Origin: Sulfurospirillum sp.
GTDB lineage: Bacteria > Campylobacterota > Campylobacteria > Campylobacterales > Sulfurospirillaceae
Direction of reading: 5' to 3'
Assembly: GCA_021206415.1 (NCBI GenBank)
Contig: JAJOKG010000006.1
Span: 11,981-75,980, forward strand
Length of the DNA: 64,000 nucleotides
The notes under the pieces are model-generated. The model saw only the letters and a program-made list of their open reading frames with translations. It was not told where the DNA came from and searched no databases. A program made the translations under genes and the position numbers. This document shows, piece after piece, positions 44,790-57,058 of this stretch; position 1 is the stretch's first letter; the number at the start of each line of letters is the position of its first letter.

Positions 44790-45324
44790 TTAATAGCACT
44801 CAGCCTTTAGCGTTGCATTAAAATCACCTTCATACTCAAAATTGTCAAAAACAATCTGATGTTCTAGTGAGCCTTGTTGTGGTATGAACTCTGTAATTAC
44901 AATCGACTGATTTGCAAGAGGTTTTAATGTGTTCAAATAGGCTTTGATTCCTGTTTGTTTTTTTTGTTTAAATATAGAAGTATTTAAAAAACAAATATGA
45001 AAATCTTTATTTGATTTATTGTAAATAGTTGTTTCTAAAATAAGTGATGGTGAAAAGTTTAATTTTTAAGCGATGTAATGTTTGTTTCTGTTTTGCGCAA
45101 AACTTCGTTGAGTTTTTTTTGAATAAAAAAAAGGAGAAATTGATAATAAAAGAAGAAGCAACGATAATAACAACTAATGAGAGAGTTGAAGATTTTTTGG
45201 CGATAATGATCGCAAAAAAATCAAAATTAAAAAAGTAATGATTAACCAAATATAGGCTAATAATCATAGAGTTCAAAGTTTTGAAATAGGTAAGTAATGA
45301 TAATTTAAGGGCATTAGTGTTCAT
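44790..45324 (-). CDS. DUF2393-like membrane protein, paralogue of the neighbour (frameshifted)
   Basis: Hydrophobic N-terminus, GN-type strand with Cys, ends KAECY*. Confidence 0.5.
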
Positions 45325-45998
45325 TGCGGCTATTTTTCTCTTCTATGCCACTAAGACCAAAACGTCTTTCGAGTTCTTTTGAAATTAAAGAAGGATGAAT
45401 ATTCTTAGCTCCCAGTGCAACTAAAGTATGAAATACTAAATCAGCAGCTTCATAAATCATCTCTTTGTTATCATTATCTTTGCATGCAAAACAGAATTCA
45501 CCTGCTTCTTCTACAACTTTTTTCAAAATGGCATTATCCCCTTTTTGTAAAAGGGATGCAACATAAGAGCTTTTGGGATCAGCATGTTTGCGTTCTTGAA
45601 TGATATGATAAATTTTATCACTAATAGAGTAAGCTGCAATTTCTTTTGCCTCTTCTTTAGGTGCTTCATTAATATCAATACGGTTAAAAAAAACATGAGC
45701 TACGGCCTGTATGGCAAGCAACCCCTTTTTGTTCTACTTTAAGTAAAATAGTATCGCTATCACAATCTAAATACGCCTCTTTTACATATTGCACATGGCC
45801 ACTGGTTTCACCTTTTTTCCAAAGACTTTGACGACTTCTAGAATAGTAGTGAGCAAATCCAGTTTGAAGGGTTAATGTAAGTGCTTCTTGATTCATATAG
45901 GCTAACATTAAAACATCACCGCTTCCTACTTCCTGTGCAATAACAGGAAGTAGGGGCGTTTTATCCCACGTGATTGTATTTAATAATTCTGCACTCAT
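45314..45998 (-). CDS. hisIE: Bifunctional PR-AMP cyclohydrolase / PR-ATP pyrophosphatase (frameshift at A run near 45690)
   Basis: [28 protein letters not shown]; [14 protein letters not shown]. Confidence 0.92.
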
Positions 45999-47084
45999 TT
46001 GGCAATACTAACTGCTTTTTGACTATCTTTTGTATCCACCCAGATATTTGGCACTGAACCACCAGGTGTTAAGAAAATCTTAGCATCTTTATTTTCACGA
46101 AGGGCTTCGTTAAATTTGCCTTGAACTTCAATTTGGCGAAGATTTAAGAGTGGTGTAGAGATACTCTCACTAATCTTTTTATTGGCATACGCTTCTGCTT
46201 CCGCTTCAATTTTAATTGCATTAGCTTGACCTTGAGCGTTAATTTCTCGTGCTTTGGCTTGACCCTCAGCTTCGGCTGCACGTTTAAGGGCTTCTTGGTT
46301 AGCACGTTCTACTTCATAGCGGGTTCGTTCTACTTCTTGTTTCGCTACTTGAACACGCTCAATTTGCTCTTTAATTTTAGCAGGTAAGACGATTTCACGT
46401 AATTGAACAGTCAGTAATTCAACAGGTTGACCAGGTTGAGCATCAATGGCTTTACGAATCCCCTCTTCAATATTGACAGCAATTTCATTACGTTTTTGAG
46501 GAAGTTCTTCGGCATTAAATTTACCAATAACACTTCGTGTGACATCACGAACAACAGGATTAATAATTTTATCCTCCCATGACATACCCCATGTTGCAAT
46601 AGTTTGAGGGGCTGTTGTTGGTTCGAGCTTGTATTGAACGGTAAGTTCAATGGAAACAGGAAGACCTCTTGCGTCAAGTACCGAAATAGCAGCATTTCGT
46701 TTAATACCTGAGCCTCTTTGTACAACTTCTCCTAAATCTTCTGTCGAAGAGTAGTTCATAATACGCACTTTTGTATCGACAATAAAGACTTGTTGAATAA
46801 ATGGAATAAAGAGGTGAAACCTGGCTCCATTGGAGTTGACTCAAATTTACCAGTTGTTGCTTTAATACCCATTTCACCTGAGTTAATAATAACGTAGGGT
46901 TTTGCAACGACGGCAAGAACTACAATGGCAATTAAAACATAGAGCAATCCAGATTTTTTACCTAGATTTTTCATAAAATCAGGAGGTTCAACATTAAAAG
47001 GTGTGCGATTGTCATTATCACCCCCACCACCAAAATTGCCTCCACCGTTTTTCTTTTTAAATAATCATTCAAATCTGCTGGCAT
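45995..47084 (-). CDS. SPFH/prohibitin-family membrane protein (frameshifts in 5' part)
   Basis: MPADLND start, one TM segment, band-7 domain, EAEGQAKA-type coiled coil. Confidence 0.85.
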
Positions 47085-47097
47085 AAATTTCCTTTGT

Positions 47098-48012
47098 TTA
47101 AATATACGTTAAAAGATGTTTGTATTTTGGATTACGTCCATAAACAACATCGAAATAGGCCTCTTGAAGCTGTTTGGTCATTGCTCCTCGTTTTCCATCA
47201 CCGATAATGTAATTATCAATATCTTTGATAGGGGTAACTTCTGCGGCTGTGCCTGTAAAGAATGCTTCATCTGCGATATACGCTTCATCACGGCTAATAC
47301 GTCTGCGCTCAATTGGAATTCCTGCTTCACGTGCTAAATCAAGAACCGTTGCTTGAGTGATACTCTCAAGGGATGTATCATTTGGTGGTGTAATTAAAAC
47401 GCCATTTCTGACGATAAAGAAACACTCTCCACTTCCTTCTGCGATAAATCCTTCATCATCCAATAAAAGCGCTTCTTCATAGCCTGCTTCGATGGCTTCG
47501 TATTTTGCCATTTGAGAGTTAAGGTAGTTTGCAGCTGCTTTGGCTTTTCCCATCACCGATTTTGCTGGGTTTCGCACGAAAGAGGAAATCTTAACACGAA
47601 TGCCATTTTCTAAGCCTTCATCACCCAAATAGCTTCCCCATTGCCATGCAGCAATCGCTGTGTTCACAGGTGCTTTAACATGGTTTAAGCCCATAACGCC
47701 GTATCCTAAATAAATAAGCGGTCGAATATAGACATTGGATTTAAAATCATTGGCTTTTAAGAGTTCAATATGTGCTTTTTCTAACTCTTCAAGTGAAAAA
47801 GTAGGTTTGATACGCGTGATTTTTGCTGAATTGAGCAAACGCTTTGTATGTTCTCTAAGTTTAAAAATCGCTAAACCATTCTCAGTCATATAGGCACGGG
47901 TTCCTTCAAAAACGCCATTACCATAATGAAGCGTATGTGTTAAAATGTGTATTTTTGCATCATCCCATGCAACCAGTTTACCATCCATCCAAATGTATTG
48001 TGCTTTATCCAT
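47098..48012 (-). CDS. ilvE: Branched-chain amino acid aminotransferase
   Basis: LHYGNGVFEG, YIRP, AKAAANY, EGSGE, GTAAEV. Confidence 0.95.
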   Translation of the reverse strand: MDKAQYIWMDGKLVAWDDAKIHILTHTLHYGNGVFEGTRAYMTENGLAIFKLREHTKRLLNSAKITRIKPTFSLEELEKAHIELLKANDFKSNVYIRPLIYLGYGVMGLNHVKAPVNTAIAAWQWGSYLGDEGLENGIRVKISSFVRNPAKSVMGKAKAAANYLNSQMAKYEAIEAGYEEALLLDDEGFIAEGSGECFFIVRNGVLITPPNDTSLESITQATVLDLAREAGIPIERRRISRDEAYIADEAFFTGTAAEVTPIKDIDNYIIGDGKRGAMTKQLQEAYFDVVYGRNPKYKHLLTYI

Positions 48013-48168
48013 GTTTTTTATCCCTTTCTTACATGTTGTTTTCTAAAGAGATACTATGGTAGCCAAAAATTAATTAAAGATAGTTTTAGTATGAAAATGC
48101 GTTATAATTTTGTGACAAAGCTTTAGATTTTAATCTTTACAATGTAAAAAGAAAAAAAGGAAAAATAA

Positions 48169-48645
48169 ATGTTAAAAATTGGTGATAAAGCCCCCTCTTT
48201 GAGTCTTCTTAATCAAGATTCTGTGGAAATTTCTTTGCGTGATTTGGAGGGAAAATGGATCGTTCTTTATTTTTATCCTAAAGATAATACTCCTGGATGT
48301 ACGAGCGAAGCGTGTGATTTTACAGAAGCACTTCCTGCGTTTGAGGATTTAAATGCAGTCGTGCTAGGTATTAGCCCTGATAGTCCAAAATCACATCAAA
48401 ATTTCATTTTAAAACAAAATTTAGAGATTACTTTACTTTCGGATGAGACGAAAGAAGTGGCAGAACGTTATGGCGTTTGGCAGATGAAAAAAAATTATGG
48501 CAAAGAGTATATGGGCATTGTGCGTTCAACATTTTTAATTGATCCAGCAGGAAATATTGCACAAATATGGACAAATGTAAAAGTAAAAGAGCATGCAAAC
48601 GCTGTGAAAGAAGTGTTAGTATCTTTACAATCACCTAAGGCATAA
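48169..48645 (+). CDS. bcp: Thioredoxin-dependent peroxiredoxin BCP
   Basis: YFYPKDNTPGCTSEAC, RSTFLID. Confidence 0.93.
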   Translation: MLKIGDKAPSLSLLNQDSVEISLRDLEGKWIVLYFYPKDNTPGCTSEACDFTEALPAFEDLNAVVLGISPDSPKSHQNFILKQNLEITLLSDETKEVAERYGVWQMKKNYGKEYMGIVRSTFLIDPAGNIAQIWTNVKVKEHANAVKEVLVSLQSPKA

Positions 48646-48655
48646 AGGCCTTAGG

Positions 48656-51510
48656 TTAATTACTCACAGAAATAGCACATCCTATCCATTGATCCCGTAA
48701 AGCTTCGCTGGGTTGTACTTCTTGTTTAAGAAGACGCTCAGGAGCAATTTTGTGTTTTGTAATAAGATTTTGAATAATTGCTTCTGCACGTTTGTGTGCG
48801 AGCGTGTTTAAATCATCTGCATTCACAGGAATCGTCTCAGCAATTTTATCAATCAAGCGTTCATTAATCACACCTCTTGCAAGATTTTCTTCTTTATAGG
48901 TTTTAAGAAGCTGGTTATACAACTCTTTAGAATATTTTTGGAGAAAGAGTTTTTGAATCGTTTTACTGTAGCTATCTTCTGTCTTGCTGTCTTTACGGCT
49001 TAAGATTTCAAGTTGTGCTGTGACATTTTGTTCTTTAAGGGCTTGGGTATCAATAATCTCATTAAAGCTAGGAGTAACGAGGAGTTTGAGTTCAGCTCTT
49101 TTTTCTAAAATTTGCTGATACTGTTCCATTTTTTCTTCTTCAGATTCAATCAAAGCATATTCACCTGCTGCAAAATCAACACTTTTAAGATTTTCGGTTT
49201 CTATGCCAAGCATAGAGCCTAAAAGCTTAAATGGAGACGTGACAATGCTACCAATTAAATTACCAATGGCTCGCCATACGATACTTCCATAACGAAATTC
49301 TGGGCTATTCATGTCTCCACTCACGGGTAAATTGATGTCAATTTGTCCTTTTGAATCTTTTAAAATGGCAATGGCAAGTCCTAAGGGAAGATTGACAGCA
49401 TCTTCACTTTCAATTTTTTCACCCAAAGTAAGTGAATCAAGATTAATCTTATTATCACCTTCCATTAATCCTTTTCGAATTTTATAGGAAAGATCCATCG
49501 AAAGTTTTCCCTCTTTAATGGCATAGCCCACAAATTTTCCTGAATAAGGCGTAAAAGAGGTCATGTCAAGATTTTTAAAAATAATTTTCAGATTTGCACG
49601 GTTTTTAAAATCAAAAGGCAAAATGGAACTGTCAATTTTTGCGTAGCCATATTTATCGACTTTTCCTTCTAGCTTGAGGATAGAGGGTTTAGAGTTTTTC
49701 GTATCGAGTTTTGAGAAATTGCCATTTAAACGGGTGATAAAGGTTGCAAAAGGAATAGGCAAAGAAGCATCTTTAAAATTTGCACTTCCTTGTTTCATGG
49801 TTATATTGCCAATAACAATATGCATAGGCGCCTCTTTAGAAGTGGTCGTTTTGTGAGAAGATGCTTTTGGCGTTGGTTTTGTAAGATGAGAAAAATTGGT
49901 ACTCTGATCTTTTTTAATATCTAAATTAACGTAGGGTTTTGTGATGAAAACATTCTTTACATGTAAAGAAGCAGGCGATGAAGAATAGTCGATAGAATCG
50001 ATCTTTAGTTTCTCCCATGCCATAATGGTTTTTTTAAAACGATCTAAAAATGAAAGTTTTGAAATCTCCATATCACCAGCAATTTTTATAAAAGGTTTTG
50101 TACCAAAAGAGGCTTGCATGTTCGCATTCAAAGAGAGGAGCCCCTCTTTTAAAATAAGGGTCGTAAACGGTATGAGATAAGGGTGTGCTTTTGCTAAAGA
50201 GAGTGCTTTCGTATGCATATCTAGTGTAACGTGCATGGTTGCAGGAACAACAGACCCCTTAAGAGAAATATGTGCTGTTTTGTCCAGCGTTGTATTCATT
50301 TCATACGAAATAGGCTGATTCATATCGTGCGTAATGGTGTTGGCTTTAAATGTGAATGAAGAAAAATGAGCAGGTTCACTTTTTACATTGTGATCTGTTA
50401 TATCAATTGATGCGTTATTCACTCCTAAAGATTTAAGAGCAAATTTCCATGGATTTTTATTGGGCGTCTTTTCATGCGTCGCGCTTTGATTTTTTTTCTC
50501 ATTTTTGGGAATGAAGAGGTGCATGATATTGGGCATATAATTTTTGTCTAAATGCAGATCAACAAAAGGATCTAAAATAAGAGCATTGTCGATATTAATA
50601 CGTGATTCTTGAAGGTCGAAATCTATGCCATTGACTTTAAAAGAAGGGATTTTTATGACTTTTTTATCGCCATCCATTAAAACGATATTTTCTAAATCTG
50701 CATTGGCTTTTTCAATGAATACATGGGGACTTTCTTTGCTTAAGTCGATTAAAAAAGGAATACGTAAAAAGAGTGTTCCTTCATCAAGTTTTGCAGGAAT
50801 CGTGGGTAAAAGGTAGCTCCAAAAAGCGTTTAAAGAAAGATTTTTTACTGTGAGTTCCCCATGAAATTTAAGTGGTTCAAGCGACATGCTACTCGCAAAG
50901 TGAAATTTTTTCTTCTTTTGTAGGGCAATTTGAAGCGCATGGACACTTAAATCGTCTTTATAAAAACTAAGATTATTGGCAGTGTAATGCATAGGACCAA
51001 TAGCTATATGAAAAGGCTCTTGTGCACTTTGATCACTAAAATTGACAGTGGCATGTTGGATTTCAACGTGTCCGATAATGAAAGGCATTGTAAGTGGTGT
51101 GTTGGATGTTTCATTATTTTCAGGAGAAGAGGTGTTTGGAAAAAGTGTTAAAAGGTTCAATGTGCCATTTTCATCAATTTTGAGGTCTGCAAACGGTTTA
51201 CTAATTAAGAGTGATTTGATAAAAAATTCTTTTTTAAATAACAGCAAAGGCTCGTAATTAAGATAAAGATGCTCAATGCATGTTACATTGTTTTCTGCAT
51301 GATCTTTGAGGGCAAGATTGTTGACATGTAATTCAAATGTAAATGGGTTAAAGGTAACCTTTTCAACGCTCATAGGAAGATTGATTTTTTCTTTTAAAAG
51401 AGAGGGTAATTGTGTGCGAGCCCACCATGGTAAAATAACAAACCACTCAACGTGTAAAAGAGTGAAAGAGAAATAAGCCAAAATAGCACGTTTTTAAAAG
51501 ATTTTTTCAT
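48656..51510 (-). CDS. DUF748/AsmA-like envelope protein (frameshift near 51445)
   Basis: N-terminal TM segment, FNPFT, PYSGKFVGY, LPLGLAIAILKD..G.IDINLPVSG. Confidence 0.8.
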
Positions 51511-51538
51511 AACAAATCCTCCTCTACAAGGTTAAATT

Positions 51539-51591
51539 ATTATACTACAAAATCAAATAAACTTTTTTGTAAAACAAGGGTGTGGTATAAT
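51539..51591. promoter_or_regulatory. Divergent -10 elements for the DUF748 gene (-) and queH (+)
   Basis: ATTATA at 51539-51544 (TATAAT on the minus strand) and TGGTATAAT at 51583-51591. Confidence 0.55.
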
Positions 51592-51621
51592 TTTTGAAAA
51601 TTAATCTTACAAAGACATACG

Positions 51622-52708
51622 ATGCTCGTTCATATTTGCTGCTCTGTTGACAGCCACTTCTTTTTACAAAAATTACAAGAAACATATCTTGATGAGACGA
51701 TAGTAGGATTTTTTTATGATCCTAATATTCACCCTTTTAGTGAGTATCAATTACGGCTTTTGGATGTGAAACGAAGTTGTCAAAAACTAGGAATTGTACT
51801 GCATGAAGGCACATACAATTATGAGGGATGGCTTGAAGCGATTCGCGGGTTTGAGCGTGAGCCAGAAAAGGGCAAACGGTGTACTATTTGTTTTGATAAC
51901 AGGTTAGAAGAAACAGCAAAAAAATCCCTAGAATTAGGTGAAAAAATAATAACAACAACCTTGCTAACAAGCCCAAAAAAATCGTTCTCTCAGTTAGAAG
52001 AAGCGTTAGCACTTATTGCCCAAAAATACCAGTTAGAAAGTATTGCGCCTGATTTTAGAAAAAAGGGTGGGACTCAAGAACAATTTGCATTAGCAAAAAA
52101 AGATATGCTTTACCATCAAGATTATTGTGGATGTTTTTTTGCATTGAAGGTACAAAGAGAGCAACAAAACAGATGGCTGGATGAACTAAGTACACCCTTA
52201 AAACCACAAATACTTCCTTCTTCCATTGAAGAGCGCATAGCATTGTATGAAAAAGTGATGGAATATGAAGCAAAGCAGACTCTTTTTAGGTTGGTGCGTG
52301 AAAAATTTTTGAATTACAGAGTGTTGCGTGCATGGGTGAAAAACAATCAAGAAGTGATTCCTAGTTACATATTATTTTATTCTACATGTAAAAAAGAGTA
52401 CATGAAAACACACGTCGAATTTATTTCACAAGGTATTGCTTATTTGGCAAAAGAAGAGGCTCGTTTTATTGCATTACAAACGTTTAATACTCAAGCAAAC
52501 ACAGCATATAAAACTGTAAAAGAGATGTTACAAAATCCCCCAACTATTGAAACAGAATTAGGCTTTAGAAGGGCTTATCAAAGCTCAGAATGTGCCTCTC
52601 TAAGTCCATTGATTGTCTTAGATGAAATAAAAAATTGAGACGTATGAACTCTTTATCCAAAGTAAAACATATCCTGACATTAGAGAAAATTTAGTATTAA
52701 TTGGCTAA
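51622..52708 (+). CDS. queH: Epoxyqueuosine reductase QueH (DUF208), long form; frameshift near 52635
   Basis: LVHICCSVD, PNIHP..EY, RCTICF..RL, YHQDYCGC. Confidence 0.85.
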
Positions 52709-52739
52709 AATATTAGAATTTTGTTAGAAGGTTTTAAAG

Positions 52740-53188
52740 ATGTTAATTGATGTTGTAGAGATCCAAAAAATACTCCCTCACCGCTCCCTTTTTTACTCAT
52801 TGATCGAGTAACAGCGTTGCATTCAGGCAGTTCTATAGAAGCGTATAAAAATGTTACGATTGGTGAACAGATTTTTCAAGGTCATTTCCCTGATCATCCG
52901 ATTTATCCAGGTGTGATGATTATTGAGGGTATGGCACAAGCAGGTGGCGTCTTAGCATTTAAAAGCATGGATGAAGAGGCTCAAGAAGGGACGAAAGAAA
53001 AAGTAGTTTATTTTATGAGCATTGATAATGCGAAATTTAGAAATCCTGTTCGACCAGGGGATAAATTGGTGTATCAATTGAATGTGTTAAAACACAGAGG
53101 TAATATTTGGGTACTCGATGCGAAAGCTTATGTGGATGATAAGTTGGTTGCTGAAGCCGAACTTAAAGCTATGATTGTGGATAAATAA
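52740..53188 (+). CDS. fabZ: 3-hydroxyacyl-ACP dehydratase (frameshift near 52785)
   Basis: [31 protein letters not shown]. Confidence 0.93.
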
Positions 53189-53189
53189 A

Positions 53190-53981
53190 ATGCCAAAAAT
53201 TCACCCAACCGCCGTTGTGGAAGAGGGAGCATTGCTTGAAGCCAATGTTGAGGTGGGGCCTTTTTGTTTTATCTCTAAAGAGGTAAAAATAGGAGAAGGA
53301 ACCAGAATTGCTCAAGGAGCACACATTTGTGGCAATACGACAATTGGTAAACATAATGAAATTTTTTCACATGCCGTATTGGGTTCGATTCCTCAGGATT
53401 TAAAGTATGCAGGAGAAGAGGTCGAACTGATTATTGGTGATTACAATAAAATACGTGAATTTACCCTTTTTAATCCAGGTACACTAGGTGGTGGTAACAA
53501 AACAGTCATTGGAAACCACAATTTGTTTATGGGGTATGTGCATATTGGGCATGATGTTCATATTGGTGATCATTGTATTTTAGCCAATGCAGCAACGCTT
53601 GCTGGACATGTTGAAATAGGCAATTATACCGTTATCGGTGGTATGACACCGATTCACCAGTTTGTAAAAATTGGTGATTTTGCAATGATCGCAGGAGCCT
53701 CAGCACTTTCACAAGATATTCCACCTTTTTGTTTAGCGGAGGGAAATCGTGCGGTGCTTAGAGGATTAAATCTGAATGGTTTACGTCGTCATTTTGAGCG
53801 TGCAGATATTGATGCTCTTCGTTTGGCGTATCGTAAATTGTTTGAATCAGGACAACCACTTCAAGAAACAGCAGCATCTCTTTTAGCCAATGAAAGCAAT
53901 GAAAAAGTCTTACAGATGTGTCGTTTTATTGTTGAATCAACCCGTGGGATTCCATTTGAGAGGAAAAATAATGGTGAATAG
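53190..53981 (+). CDS. lpxA: UDP-N-acetylglucosamine acyltransferase
   Basis: IHPTAVV, PQDLKY, HIGHD, LAGHV, IHQF; hexapeptide repeats. Confidence 0.96.
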   Translation: MPKIHPTAVVEEGALLEANVEVGPFCFISKEVKIGEGTRIAQGAHICGNTTIGKHNEIFSHAVLGSIPQDLKYAGEEVELIIGDYNKIREFTLFNPGTLGGGNKTVIGNHNLFMGYVHIGHDVHIGDHCILANAATLAGHVEIGNYTVIGGMTPIHQFVKIGDFAMIAGASALSQDIPPFCLAEGNRAVLRGLNLNGLRRHFERADIDALRLAYRKLFESGQPLQETAASLLANESNEKVLQMCRFIVESTRGIPFERKNNGE

Positions 53982-55209
53982 AGAGTGTAGTTTTTGTGGA
54001 ACCAAAGAGAGTAATGATACCCGTTTAATTGCGGGTGATGATGTTTTTATTTGCGAACATTGTGTGATTTCAGCCTATAAGATTTTCTTTGGAGAGATTC
54101 CAGATGCGTCTGTTTCAGGGCAAATGCAAGAAGAGACGTTCAATCCAACTTTGCTGACACCTAAAGAGTTAAAAAAAGTTTTAGATGATTTTGTGATTGG
54201 GCAAGATCAAGCAAAAAAGATTTTCTCGGTTGGTGTTTATAATCATTATAAACGTATTTTTAAACAAAGTTCGATTTCTGATGATACAGAAATTTCAAAA
54301 TCAAATATTTTGCTCATTGGACCAACAGGAAGTGGAAAAACTTTGATGGCACAGACGTTGGCACGTTTTTTAGATGTGCCTATTGCAATTTCAGATGCAA
54401 CCAGCCTCACAGAAGCGGGTTATGTGGGTGAAGATGTCGAAAATATTTTGACAAAACTTCTGCAAGGTGCCAATGGTGATATTAAAAAAGCAGAGCAAGG
54501 TATTGTCTTTATTGATGAGATTGATAAAATTGCACGCATGAGTGAAAACCGCTCGATTACGAGAGATGTTTCAGGAGAGGGCGTTCAACAAGCACTCTTA
54601 AAAATCATCGAGGGTAGTGTGGTGAATATTCCACCTAAGGGTGGACGTAAACACCCTAATCAAGAGTTTATTCAAATTGATACCACCAATATTTTATTCG
54701 TATGTGCGGGTGCTTTTGATGGATTGGAAGAAATCATTAAACGTCGTATTGGTAAAAATGTTTTAGGATTTGAGCAAGAAAAGCGTAGTAAAAGTCAAGA
54801 AGAAGGCCTTTTTGATATGGTAGAGCCTGATGATTTAGTCCATTATGGTTTGATTCCTGAGCTGATTGGTCGTTTACATGTAACTGCAAAACTCTCTTCG
54901 ATTACCAAAGAAGATATGGTGCGTATCTTAACGGAGCCTAAAAATGCAATTTACAAACAATATCAAAAATTATTTGCGATTGATAATGTCGAGTTAACGT
55001 TTGAAAAAGAGGCATTAGAAGCAGTTGCAGAACTTGCAATTAAACGAAAAACAGGTGCACGTGGACTCCGAAGTATTATGGAAGAGCTTATGGTGGATGT
55101 GATGTATGAACTTCCAGAATTAGAGGGATATGAAGTGATTGTCACTCAAGATGCTGTTTTAAAAGGCGAAAAACCTCTTTATATCAAAAAAGATAAAAAA
55201 AGCGCATAA
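53971..55209 (+). CDS. clpX: ATP-dependent Clp protease ATPase subunit
   Basis: CSFC/CEHC zinc finger, [37 protein letters not shown]. Confidence 0.97.
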   Translation: MVNRECSFCGTKESNDTRLIAGDDVFICEHCVISAYKIFFGEIPDASVSGQMQEETFNPTLLTPKELKKVLDDFVIGQDQAKKIFSVGVYNHYKRIFKQSSISDDTEISKSNILLIGPTGSGKTLMAQTLARFLDVPIAISDATSLTEAGYVGEDVENILTKLLQGANGDIKKAEQGIVFIDEIDKIARMSENRSITRDVSGEGVQQALLKIIEGSVVNIPPKGGRKHPNQEFIQIDTTNILFVCAGAFDGLEEIIKRRIGKNVLGFEQEKRSKSQEEGLFDMVEPDDLVHYGLIPELIGRLHVTAKLSSITKEDMVRILTEPKNAIYKQYQKLFAIDNVELTFEKEALEAVAELAIKRKTGARGLRSIMEELMVDVMYELPELEGYEVIVTQDAVLKGEKPLYIKKDKKSA

Positions 55210-56252
<1,043 letters not shown>

Positions 56253-56260
<8 letters not shown>

Positions 56261-56992
56261 ACTTAAAATTCTGATTTTGTGTGTTGCTTTTGTGTTTGTA
56301 TCGTTTCGATACGGCACAGAAGCACGAAATATTATTGCAGGATTTCAAAATCAAATTTTGGCAATGTATGTTGAGATTAAAAGAACCATTACGGAAAAGA
56401 TTACCGAGCATATTAGTCAACAAGAAGAGATTAAACGTTTGCGCGTTGAAAATCAAACATTACAAAAATCAGCTGTTTTATCGATTGCCTTCGCAAGTAA
56501 GTTAAATGATTTACTCAAAGAACATAACACAACAGGGTATCATCCTAGTGTGGCGTTAGTTGAGTCTATTGGGTATGCCAATTTAAATGATTATGGAAAA
56601 GTGTGGCTTCGCTTTGATGACTTTAATCAAAGTAGAATTTATGGACTTTTACAAAAGGGTATGCAGCAGGAATTGTTGTTGCCAATGATGGTCATCCACA
56701 AGCTTTATTGTTAAGTGATCCAAAATCTATTTTTGCTGTTTATGTCGGTGAGAGTAAAATGCAAGGCATTATACAAGGAAATCGTAAAGAGGTTTTGGTG
56801 AGATATATCTCACAATGGTTACAACCTCAAGTGGGTGATGAAGTCGTAACAAGTGGTCTTGATGGGATCTTTTTTGAAGGAATAAAAGTAGGTGTGGTTT
56901 CTAAAGTGATTGAAGAAGAGTCTTCAAAAACAGTGGTAATAACCCCGTATGTTACACCGCATGTACCGTCGTATATGCATGTGATTAAATAA
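56253..56992 (+). CDS. mreC: Rod shape-determining protein MreC (frameshift near 56655)
   Basis: TM segment, coiled coil LRVEN..L, VGDEVVTSGLDGIF. Confidence 0.85.
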
Positions 56993-57058
56993 AATGAATA
57001 TTGAATCCAGTCTCTTCGGACATTGGCTTGAATATTACATGTAGATTAAAGGAAAAAG

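Noticed and set aside
44790-45324. Very AT-rich stretch as a horizontally acquired island
   Set aside because: Explained by an F/I/L/K-rich membrane protein gene within a housekeeping operon; no mobility genes nearby
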